Source of the DNA: Anaerolineaceae bacterium
GTDB lineage: Bacteria; Chloroflexota; Anaerolineae; Anaerolineales; Anaerolineaceae
Assembly (NCBI GenBank): GCA_017993575.1
Contig: JAGOML010000002.1
Coordinates: 4,806-68,805 of the forward strand
DNA: 64,000 nt
Direction of reading: 5' to 3'
In this document: positions 38,446 to 46,814 of the stretch, in pieces
Position numbering within the stretch: the stretch's first letter is position 1
Layout of the letters: each line of letters opens with the position of its first letter
Position numbers and translations under genes: made by a program
The notes under the pieces: model-generated
What the model was told of the DNA's origin: nothing
Databases searched by the model: none
What the model saw: the letters and a program-made list of their open reading frames with translations, nothing else

Positions 38446-40551
38446 TCAGGCATGCCGCAATACGGCGCGGCTGTCCAGCGCGAGCGCTCCCTGCCCCTGT
38501 GCATAGACAACCAGTGGGTTAATCTCTATTTCCTCTATCTCCGGGAAGTCCAACGCGAGTTGGCTGAGTGCGGCAATCGCAGTTTTTACTGCCTCAAGAT
38601 CCGCTTGTGCGCTACCCCGCACGCCTTTTAGCAGCTTTCCCGCGATGGTAGCATCAACCATCTCAACGATGTCCTCATGGGAAAGCGGGGCTATCCGGAA
38701 GGAAATATCCTTAAGCTGCTCAACCAAAGTCCCGCCCATGCCGAACATCATCATCGGCCCAAAAGTTGGATCGCGACGCATGCCCACGATTAGCTCAAGA
38801 CCCTTTGGAGCCATTTTTTCTACCATGGCGCCGGCAATGCTAGCTTGCGGAAAGTTAGAGCCAATCCGCTCAAGCAATTGGTTAAATGCCAATGACAAAC
38901 TCTCAGCGTCAGTAAGGTTAAGCACGATACCGCCCGCGTCAGTTTTATGCAGCAAGCTTTCCGAAACGATTTTTATTGCTACCGGAAAACCAACTTCTCT
39001 AGCAATGGCCACCGCCTGCTGAGCATTCGCGGCTAACCCGCCAAGTACATTCGTTATACCGTAGGCCTCCAGAATTTTCCGCGTTTCAAACTCACCTAAG
39101 CTCTGCCTACGAGCGTTTGCATCAAGAACAGCGCGAACCGCGATTTTATCAGCAATTTTTGCCTCCACAGCCTTGTAAGCAGGCTTGTGCAAATTGCAGT
39201 CATATTTCCGCATCGCGCGCAGCACTGGACCCACCTGATCGGGGTATTGATAAACCGGCACGCTTGCTCTGTTCAAAAAAGCCCTAGCCTCTCGCACGCT
39301 GCGCTCACCCATCAGACAGGTGAGCATAGTCTTATGTGTTTGCGCGGCTGCTTGAGCCCAAGCCTGGGCCACGCCCAAAGGATCCACCAATGCCTGAGGG
39401 ACTAAGACCGGCGCGAGGACGTCCACGTTTTCATCCCGCATCATTTGCTCCAGGCTCCAGAGGTAATCAGCTGGCTCTGCGCCTCCGAGCATATCCACCG
39501 GGTTGGCAACCTGCGCGCTGGGGTTCAGTTTGGCGCGTAAACCTGCCTGTGTATCCTCTGTCAGCTCTGCCAACTCCGCGCCATTCGCGGATAAATTATC
39601 TGCCAGCAGCGCCGCGGCTCCGCCCGCGTTGGTCGCGATAGCCACGCGCTTGCCTTGCGGGAGTGTTTGGGTACCCAAAGCCCAGGCCACGTTGAACAAC
39701 TCAGCCAGAGTCTCTACCTCAATCACGCCTGTTTGATCAAAAACCGCCTGGTAGGCAGCATAAGATCCGGCCAAAGAGCCAGTATGAGAGCTCACCGCGC
39801 GCGCGCCGGCGTTATTTCTGCCAGCCTTCAGCATCACGATGGGCTTAATCCGGGAAACCCTACGCGCCTCTTCGATGAATCGGGGACCATCCTGGACGCC
39901 TTCCAGATACACGGCTATGACGCGCACATCCGGGTCATCCCCAAAATAGGCAATCATATCCGCCTCGGAAACATCCATCTCGTTCCCCAAGCTGGCAAAA
40001 TGGGAAAAACCGATCTCGGATTCAAGGACGAGGTCCACAACACCGCCGCAAACAGCGCCTGATTGCGAGATAAACGCGATAGGACCCCGGCGGGGCATGC
40101 CCTTGATGAAGGTGGTATTTAAACCACTGCTCATATCCATCGTGCCCACGCAGTTCGGACCTATCACCCGCATGCCGTTTTCTCGGGCAAACTCCAGTGT
40201 CTTTCGTTCGATTTCGGCGCCTTCGCCGCCAACTTCGCGAAAACCACCGGTGATGATGATAACTGCCTTAATCCCACGCTCAGCGCAATCACGCATGCTT
40301 TCCAGTATCATGCCAACCGGCAGCACAATCACAGCCAGGTCGACCGGATCGGGTACCTCTGAAAGCTGCGTATAAACCTTCACTCCAAGTATTTGATCCG
40401 CGTTAGGATTGACTGGATAGACTTCCCCTTTGTAGTTATATTGCAGCAAGTTTTCCAGGATCCCATAACTTAGTTTATTGGGTTTGCTGGATGCGCCCAA
40501 AATGGCGACGCCCTTGGGTTTAAAGAAAGGGGTGAGGGAGGGATTCATCAA
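38446..40551 (-). CDS. ADP-forming acetyl-CoA synthetase / NDP-forming acyl-CoA synthetase (fused alpha-beta, 701 aa)
   Basis: N-terminal CoA-binding domain (FFKPKGVAILGASSKPNKLSYGIL), succinyl-CoA-synthetase-like flavodoxin domain, and C-terminal ATP-grasp. Confidence 0.88.
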   Translation of the reverse strand: MMNPSLTPFFKPKGVAILGASSKPNKLSYGILENLLQYNYKGEVYPVNPNADQILGVKVYTQLSEVPDPVDLAVIVLPVGMILESMRDCAERGIKAVIIITGGFREVGGEGAEIERKTLEFARENGMRVIGPNCVGTMDMSSGLNTTFIKGMPRRGPIAFISQSGAVCGGVVDLVLESEIGFSHFASLGNEMDVSEADMIAYFGDDPDVRVIAVYLEGVQDGPRFIEEARRVSRIKPIVMLKAGRNNAGARAVSSHTGSLAGSYAAYQAVFDQTGVIEVETLAELFNVAWALGTQTLPQGKRVAIATNAGGAAALLADNLSANGAELAELTEDTQAGLRAKLNPSAQVANPVDMLGGAEPADYLWSLEQMMRDENVDVLAPVLVPQALVDPLGVAQAWAQAAAQTHKTMLTCLMGERSVREARAFLNRASVPVYQYPDQVGPVLRAMRKYDCNLHKPAYKAVEAKIADKIAVRAVLDANARRQSLGEFETRKILEAYGITNVLGGLAANAQQAVAIAREVGFPVAIKIVSESLLHKTDAGGIVLNLTDAESLSLAFNQLLERIGSNFPQASIAGAMVEKMAPKGLELIVGMRRDPTFGPMMMFGMGGTLVEQLKDISFRIAPLSHEDIVEMVDATIAGKLLKGVRGSAQADLEAVKTAIAALSQLALDFPEIEEIEINPLVVYAQGQGALALDSRAVLRHA

Positions 40552-40734
40552 AGGGTAGTCCTTTCCGAGATATGGTGAGCGTGTCTGAATTATACCAAGC
40601 CCTCTGTCAGGCGCGTTCGCTGGCTTTTTTCCCTGCGAAACGGAGTCTTCGTGCCTTATAATTAATGTCGTAATGGAATCATCTGAAGGCTCAAGTATTA
40701 CACGCGTTGATTTCTACGTGGGGGTTTTCTGCTT

Positions 40735-42831
40735 ATGTCTCTGACACCCGAGCAAGAAGCGCTAATTGATTTTCCGCTGGAGAATTGTGTTTTCGTGCAT
40801 GGGTCTGCGGGTACAGGCAAGACTACTGCCGCGCTTCACCGCCTTATTAGGATTCTCACCGAACGGCCGGATGAAGTTATCCTCATCCTGCTTCCGCAGC
40901 GGGTGATGGGCAGCGGTCTTCGGCAAGGGCTTGAAAAGACACAAGCATACAATCCAGGACGCGTCATGTTGACCACAATGAACAGCATTGCGCGCCGCAT
41001 GGTTGCTCTTTTTTGGCCGATTATTAGCGAAAATGCGGGCTTCCTCCACCCCTATGCCCCACCACACTTCCTGACGCTGGAAACCTCCCAGTTTTACATG
41101 GGGAAATTGGTCAATCCAATGCTCGCTGCCGGCGCGTTTAGCTCGGTATCCATTCCGCGGAACCGGCTCTACAGCCAAATTCTGGACAGCGTAAATAAAT
41201 CCGCGCTGGTTGGCTTTCCCCTGACAGAGATTTACGAACGTCTTTCCAATGCCTGGACTGGCAGCCCCGCGCAACTAAATGTGTATCGTGACGTTCAAAC
41301 TGCTGCCAACACCTTCAGAGATTTCTGCCTGGAAAACAATCTCCTGGACTATTCGCTGCAGGTGGAACTCTTCCGGCAATTCGTTTGGGCAGAGCCGCTT
41401 TGTCAGCGTTTTCTCAAGAGCAGCTATCAACATCTCGTTTACGATAACTGCGAGGAGGACCCACCTTATGTTCACGATATCATATCGGAGTGGCTGCCCG
41501 ATTTTAAGAGCGCTTTGCTAATACTTGACGAGAACGCTGGATATCGGCGAATTCTTGGGGCAGACCCAGACTCAGCGCTGCGGTTAAAGTCAAATGTTTC
41601 CGCTACTATGCAATTTAGCCACCAGCACCTGGAACCCCAGATGCGAGCTTTCAAGCGGTCTATCCAACCCAAGCCAGAAAGCCAAGCGCTGGGAATCAAT
41701 CATGCTGATGTGCGGCAAGCCCTGCGGTTGCCACCGAAGCCAGCCAGATTTTTCCCGGAAATGCTCGAACAAACTGCGGAAATTGTGCAGCAGCTGATTA
41801 ATGAAGGCACTCAACCCGGAAAAATCGCGATTCTCGCGCCATATTTGCCCAGCGCTATGGGGTTTGCTGTCCAACAATCTCTCTCTGTTGTTGGAATTCA
41901 ATCAACAGTGCTGCGACCTTCAATCCCTTTAATCGAAAACCCTGTCGTCCAGCAATTAACTACGCTGTCCCAATTAGCGCATCCAACCTGGCCCCTGTTT
42001 CCGGACCCAGCCAGAGTTACCAGCGCCTTATCCGCCAGCATCGCTGGTCTGGACTTGGTGCGGGCACAGCTGCTGTGCTCAGATTTGCTAATCAAGAACA
42101 GCGAGGACTTTGCTCTGCTTCCTTTTGCAGCAGCTACCGAACTGTTGAGACCTAGAATCCCACCCGAAACAGCGGCTTGCTATGACACCCTGCGCCTTTG
42201 GCTGGAAAAGACAATACCGGATGAGCCTTTAGACCTGTTCATCAGCCGCTTGTTCGGCGAAGTTCTGACGCGCCCCGGTTTTGGATATTTCCAGAACACC
42301 AGCGCCGCGCAGTCAACTGCCATTCTAATGGAATCGTTTCGCAAATTCCGACTTTCCTTAAATCCAACAGAGCTCGTCGATTCAGACCAAATAAATCAGG
42401 ATTTCATCAGGACCATTCAGGATGGGGTTATCGCAGCACAGTATCTGCGGGATTGGGAGCTGGAAGATGAAAGCAAAGTTCTCATTACACCAGCTCTGAC
42501 TTTCCTTAGTTCCGGCAAAACCGTGGATTACCAGGTTTGGCTGAGTGCTGGCAGCTCAGGTTGGTACGAACGACTTGAACAACCACTCACCCAGCCTTAC
42601 GTGCTCAGTCGAAATTGGCCGGATGGAAAGAAATGGACAACCGAAGAGGAGAAACAAGTCAGTCTGGAAATCCTGGACAGCATTCTGAACGGAATGCTAA
42701 ATCGCTGCCGAAGAGGCGTCATACTCGGACTGAGCGAGTTTGGGCAGAGCGGACAGGATGAAAAGGGTTTGCTGCTGATAAAAATTCAAAACTTACTCAG
42801 GGAGATCGCAAAAGGGGGATCGAATGCCTGA
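40735..42831 (+). CDS. SF1 helicase-like ATPase with degenerate motifs (AddB/RexB N-terminal-like)
   Basis: Walker A GSAGTGKTTAAL. Motif-II-like LVYDNCEEDPP. The remaining SF1 motifs are not recognisable. No nuclease motif. Overlaps the next gene by 8 nt. Confidence 0.7.
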   Translation: MSLTPEQEALIDFPLENCVFVHGSAGTGKTTAALHRLIRILTERPDEVILILLPQRVMGSGLRQGLEKTQAYNPGRVMLTTMNSIARRMVALFWPIISENAGFLHPYAPPHFLTLETSQFYMGKLVNPMLAAGAFSSVSIPRNRLYSQILDSVNKSALVGFPLTEIYERLSNAWTGSPAQLNVYRDVQTAANTFRDFCLENNLLDYSLQVELFRQFVWAEPLCQRFLKSSYQHLVYDNCEEDPPYVHDIISEWLPDFKSALLILDENAGYRRILGADPDSALRLKSNVSATMQFSHQHLEPQMRAFKRSIQPKPESQALGINHADVRQALRLPPKPARFFPEMLEQTAEIVQQLINEGTQPGKIAILAPYLPSAMGFAVQQSLSVVGIQSTVLRPSIPLIENPVVQQLTTLSQLAHPTWPLFPDPARVTSALSASIAGLDLVRAQLLCSDLLIKNSEDFALLPFAAATELLRPRIPPETAACYDTLRLWLEKTIPDEPLDLFISRLFGEVLTRPGFGYFQNTSAAQSTAILMESFRKFRLSLNPTELVDSDQINQDFIRTIQDGVIAAQYLRDWELEDESKVLITPALTFLSSGKTVDYQVWLSAGSSGWYERLEQPLTQPYVLSRNWPDGKKWTTEEEKQVSLEILDSILNGMLNRCRRGVILGLSEFGQSGQDEKGLLLIKIQNLLREIAKGGSNA

Positions 42832-45070
42832 AGAACGTTTGCGCGCCTCCCAGGAGCGTATCCTGACCTATACCGGCGGCAAAATGGGTATTTCTGCGGT
42901 ACCTGGCAGCGGAAAAACCTGGACGCTTTCGCGGCTTGCAGTAAAACTGATTACTGAACTGGAACTCCAGCCAGACCAGGAAATCCTGGTTGTTACTTTT
43001 TCTAACTCGGCTGTGGATGTTTTCTCAAATCGCATTGGCAACTTGCTGCGCGAGCGCGGCGTTCTCTCTGGCTTGGGCTACCGCGTGCGCACGCTTCATG
43101 GTCTTGCCAACGATATCATCCGCGAACGCCCTGAATTGGCTGGCCTGACGAATGAATTTCAAATTCTGGGGGAGCCGGACACAGACGGGATTCTAAACAG
43201 CTGCGTTGCTGCCTGGTACCGCAGTAACCATTCGCTTTTTGAAGACCGCCTTGTGGAAAACTTGAACCCTAAACAAAGAGAGAAAGTCACGCAGCAGGAA
43301 CTACCCGACCTCATCAAGGAATCGTGCTCGGCGTTCATCAAGACCGCCAAAGATTATCTGCTTACGCCGGAGCTTTTGGAAAAGAAGCTTAACAACTCCT
43401 ATCTCAAATCAGATTCCCTGATGCGAATGGGTTTGGAGATTTATCGCGATTACCAAAACGCGCTGCAGTACAGGGCGGCTGTGGACTTTGCCGACTTAAT
43501 CCGACTTGCATTTCAATGCCTTAACGAGGACCCGAGCCTCACGGATTTACTGCATTACCGTTGGCCATACATCCTTGAAGACGAAGCACAGGATTCCAGC
43601 TTGCTGCAAGAGAAGATTTTACGCGCACTGGTCGGCGTGGATGGCAACTGGGTACGCGTTGGTGATCCGAATCAAGCAATTTACCAGAGCTTCACAACCG
43701 CGAACCCAAATTTGTTAAAGTCCTTTCTGAAAGAAGCAGGAGTTCGCAGCGAACCTCTGCCGGAATCCGGTCGATCCAGCCCGGAAATTATTGAATTAGC
43801 CAACTACCTGAGCGAGTGGACTCGAACGCAGCATCCCGTGGAGGAAGTCCGCGAAGCGCTAACCTTGCCTCTGATTGAAGCCACGCAAGTTGGCGACCCA
43901 CAGCCAAATCCCAGCGCATTGGAACCAGCTGTAATGTTAGATAATCGCCAGGTTTCCCCCGATTTTGAACTTCAAATGCTTGCAGAATCGGTATCAGATT
44001 GGCTGAAACGCTACCCGGATACCACGGTAGTCGTGCTTGCGCTCATCAACAAACGCGTGAACGAAATCGTCGCGGAATTCCGACGACGGAAGATAGACGT
44101 TACGGACGCTCTCACTGCGATGCCAGAAAATACACGAGCTTCCGTCGGGCTCGTAAACCGTTTGCTTTCCTGCCTGCTCCAACCGGATAACCCCAAAGCG
44201 TTGGCGAATGCCTTTGAAGCCTCAAGACGTAATCTTCGCGAGGATAAAGAGAGTTGGGACCTCATCAAGGCGTGCGCATCCGTCATCAGGAAGTGTGAGC
44301 ATGTTGAAGATTATCTTTACCCGCTTGAAGGTCAAGATTGGGTGCGCCAGCTGGAAGAACAGGGTACCCCACAAGAAGTTTTGTTTGAACTCACCCATTT
44401 CCGTGAATTAGCCCGCAAATGGCATCTTGCTGCCCACCTTCCTCCTGATCAATTTATCCTGGCTGCGACGATGGACCTGGAACTGGATAACCTGGAGCTT
44501 GCCTCGATACACAAAATGGCGCTTTTACTGCGTGAGTTCCGCGACTTGCATCCAGAATGGACGCTGGCTGATTTGAATGAGGAACTGCTCGCCATTGCCA
44601 AAAATGAGCGGCGATTTGCCCAGCTCTCAACGTATGCTGAAGGTTTTGACCCGGAAGATTATCGCGGAAAAGTGGTCGTCGCCACCTTGCATAAGGCCAA
44701 AGGCCTGGAGTGGGATAAAGTATTTATCAGTTCAGCCAATGCCTATGATTTCCCGACAGGGAAAGATGAAGAACCGCTGCGCGGCGAGAAGTACTTTCTT
44801 CGCGGCAGGATGAATATGCAGGCAGAATTGGTAGCGCAGCTTCGTTCATTCGCGGAAGGGACTTTTCAGGACACTCAAAACAAAAGTCTTGCGCGGGCGG
44901 ATGTCGCGCGCGAGCGCCTGCGTCTGCTTTACGTGGGCATCACGCGCGCGAAACGTTCGTTGACGATTTCATTTAACACAGGCAGCAATGGAAAACAGTC
45001 CGAAGCGATTGCGGTCAGCGCGTTGCGTGCTTACCTTGAAAGGAAGAACAATGCCCAGCCTGCTCCCTGA
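42824..45070 (+). CDS. UvrD/Rep-type SF1 DNA helicase without a nuclease domain
   Basis: Motif I AVPGSGKT, Ia TFSNSA, II YILEDEAQDSS, III VGDPNQAIYQSF, V ATLHKAKGLEWD, VI LLYVGITRAKRSL. The protein ends about 45 aa after motif VI. Confidence 0.88.
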   Translation: MPEERLRASQERILTYTGGKMGISAVPGSGKTWTLSRLAVKLITELELQPDQEILVVTFSNSAVDVFSNRIGNLLRERGVLSGLGYRVRTLHGLANDIIRERPELAGLTNEFQILGEPDTDGILNSCVAAWYRSNHSLFEDRLVENLNPKQREKVTQQELPDLIKESCSAFIKTAKDYLLTPELLEKKLNNSYLKSDSLMRMGLEIYRDYQNALQYRAAVDFADLIRLAFQCLNEDPSLTDLLHYRWPYILEDEAQDSSLLQEKILRALVGVDGNWVRVGDPNQAIYQSFTTANPNLLKSFLKEAGVRSEPLPESGRSSPEIIELANYLSEWTRTQHPVEEVREALTLPLIEATQVGDPQPNPSALEPAVMLDNRQVSPDFELQMLAESVSDWLKRYPDTTVVVLALINKRVNEIVAEFRRRKIDVTDALTAMPENTRASVGLVNRLLSCLLQPDNPKALANAFEASRRNLREDKESWDLIKACASVIRKCEHVEDYLYPLEGQDWVRQLEEQGTPQEVLFELTHFRELARKWHLAAHLPPDQFILAATMDLELDNLELASIHKMALLLREFRDLHPEWTLADLNEELLAIAKNERRFAQLSTYAEGFDPEDYRGKVVVATLHKAKGLEWDKVFISSANAYDFPTGKDEEPLRGEKYFLRGRMNMQAELVAQLRSFAEGTFQDTQNKSLARADVARERLRLLYVGITRAKRSLTISFNTGSNGKQSEAIAVSALRAYLERKNNAQPAP

Positions 45071-45866
45071 TAAATTCATTTTTACGCAGTCCAATTTGCA
45101 GGCTTACCTAAACTGCAAAGCGCGGTTCTACCTGCGTTACGTTGAACGGTTTTTGTGGCCTGCTCCCGCTTTGGAAGATGTGCAAGCTTTTGAGCGGGAT
45201 CGTCTTGCAGGGTCTCGGTTTCACCAGCTTGTTCACCAATATCTGCTCGGTTTATCCGCGGAAATATTAAACCGGAACGCTTCCAACGACCCGGATCCAA
45301 GAATCAAGCAGTGGTTTGAGCTTTTTACACACACAGTAAGTAAGGATCTTTCTGGCCAGCTTTGGCCCGAGCACACGCTTACTACGCAGCTTGACGGCTT
45401 TATCCTTAGCGCAAAGTACGACCTGCTGCATGAGAACGACCAGGTTCTTACAATCTACGATTGGAAAACATCGCGAAAGAAACCATCAAAAGCATGGCTG
45501 GCAGCGCAACTCCAAAGTAAAGTTTTTCCGCTTGTTTTGGCTCAGGAAATTGATACCCAAACCCGCGCTGAAAAAGCAGTCATCCGAATGGTGTATTGGG
45601 AAGTGACCGAACCCACTAACCCGATTGTTTTTGAGTACGGTTCATCAAAAGAGGAGCAAGATCTGGAATTAATTACCGCAATAATGCGGGAAATCCAATC
45701 CTCGCCCGCGGCGGACTTCGTCAGAACAGACGATATCCAGCGTTGTCGCTATTGTGTTTACCGCACTTACTGCAATCGCCTACCAGAAACTGCAGCGCTT
45801 GAGGATTACCTGTCCGATACCTATCTCGCATTGGAAGACGAATTGGAACTCTTGAATACCGATTAA
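45051..45866 (+). CDS. Stand-alone PD-(D/E)XK nuclease with Cas4/AddB-type Fe-S cysteine set
   Basis: N-terminal Cys (YLNCKARFYLRYV), YDLL..TIYDWKT (D..DxK) and QLQSKVF (QxxxY-like). C-terminus CRYCVYRTYC is a Cx2Cx5C pattern. ATG at 45051 overlaps the helicase gene by 20 nt. Confidence 0.8.
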   Translation: MPSLLPDKFIFTQSNLQAYLNCKARFYLRYVERFLWPAPALEDVQAFERDRLAGSRFHQLVHQYLLGLSAEILNRNASNDPDPRIKQWFELFTHTVSKDLSGQLWPEHTLTTQLDGFILSAKYDLLHENDQVLTIYDWKTSRKKPSKAWLAAQLQSKVFPLVLAQEIDTQTRAEKAVIRMVYWEVTEPTNPIVFEYGSSKEEQDLELITAIMREIQSSPAADFVRTDDIQRCRYCVYRTYCNRLPETAALEDYLSDTYLALEDELELLNTD

Positions 45867-45927
45867 TTTCCCCCCCAGAAAACGAGCCCTTATAGGATTG
45901 GTATAATAAGAAGGTTAAACAAAAAAA

Positions 45928-46001
45928 TGGGCAGAACAGGGCTCGAACCTGCGACCTCATCTGTGTAAAAGATGCGCTCTAACCAACTGAGCTATCCGCC
46001 C
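45928..46001 (-). tRNA. tRNA-Val (anticodon TAC)
   Basis: The reverse complement folds as GGGCGGA-TA-GCTC..GAGC-G-CATCT-TTTACAC-AGATG-AGGTC-GCAGG-TTCGAGC-CCTGT-TCTGCCC-A. Confidence 0.92.
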
Positions 46002-46011
46002 GGAGAGAGAA

Positions 46012-46020
46012 ATTATACAC
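46012..46020 (-). promoter_or_regulatory. Candidate -10 (GTGTATAAT on the minus strand) for tRNA-Val
   Basis: TATAAT is the reverse complement of 46012-46017, 10 nt upstream of the tRNA 5' end. It lies in the 24-nt gap before the FAH gene ATG. Confidence 0.5.
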
Positions 46021-46025
46021 AAAAA

Positions 46026-46814
46026 ATGAAAATTGTGCGTTTTGAAACCAAATACACCCCTGCCTCTTATGGGTGGATTGACCAGGACAAAGTTGGCGTT
46101 ATTCAAGGAGATCCTTTCGGAGAATTCAGACGATACGACCCCGAATTTTCCCTCTCCGAGCTCAAGCTGCTTGTTCCATGCCTGCCCTCCAAGATTATCG
46201 CTGTTGGGCGAAATTATGAGGAACACATCCGCGAAATGAATCAAACGCCGCCGGAAATACCCCTGCTATTTCTTAAGCCGCCCTCCACCCTTATCCGCAG
46301 CGGTGACCCAATTATTCTGCCGCCTCAATCCGAACGCGTGGAACACGAGGCTGAACTCGCGGTGGTCATCAAGAAAAAATCGCGTTGGCTGCGCCCGGAA
46401 GGCGTGCGGGATGCGATTTTTGGGTATACAGTCGCCAATGACGTCACAGCGCGTGACTTGCAGCAAAGAGATGGTCAATGGACTCGCGCCAAGGGCTTCG
46501 ACACATTCTGTCCTTTAGGTCCCTGGATTGAGACAGAATTTGACCCCTCAGACTCGCTTATTACCTGCCGCGTCAATGAGGTTTTGAGGCAGATGAACTC
46601 CACCAGAGATATGCTCTTCAACATCGAACAGCTCATTCTTTACGCCTCTTCCATCATGACGCTGCTGCCAGGGGATGTCATTCTCACCGGCACTCCAGCG
46701 GGAGTTGGAAAATTAAACGCGGGGGATGTCGTCTCCATCTTTATTGACGGCATTGGCAGTCTTGTAAATCCTGTCATCGCGGGCAAACCTTACGCCGCTG
46801 AGGAAACCCGATGA
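46026..46814 (+). CDS. Fumarylacetoacetate hydrolase (FAH) family protein
   Basis: KIIAVGRNYEEHIREM, HEAELAVVI and GDVILTGTPAGVG motifs. ATG at 46026 is chosen because the ORF-track start lies inside tRNA-Val. Confidence 0.88.
   Translation: MKIVRFETKYTPASYGWIDQDKVGVIQGDPFGEFRRYDPEFSLSELKLLVPCLPSKIIAVGRNYEEHIREMNQTPPEIPLLFLKPPSTLIRSGDPIILPPQSERVEHEAELAVVIKKKSRWLRPEGVRDAIFGYTVANDVTARDLQQRDGQWTRAKGFDTFCPLGPWIETEFDPSDSLITCRVNEVLRQMNSTRDMLFNIEQLILYASSIMTLLPGDVILTGTPAGVGKLNAGDVVSIFIDGIGSLVNPVIAGKPYAAEETR

Noticed and set aside
38360-46001. tRNA-Thr to tRNA-Val interval as an integrated genomic island
   Set aside because: No integrase, recombinase or transposase is present. I could see no direct repeat of a tRNA 3' end. 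Composition looks the same as the flanks by eye. One of the four genes is ordinary metabolism.
45972-46025. N-terminal extension of the FAH ORF
   Set aside because: The extension is encoded by the antisense strand of tRNA-Val. The ATG at 46026 gives a typical FAH N-terminus.
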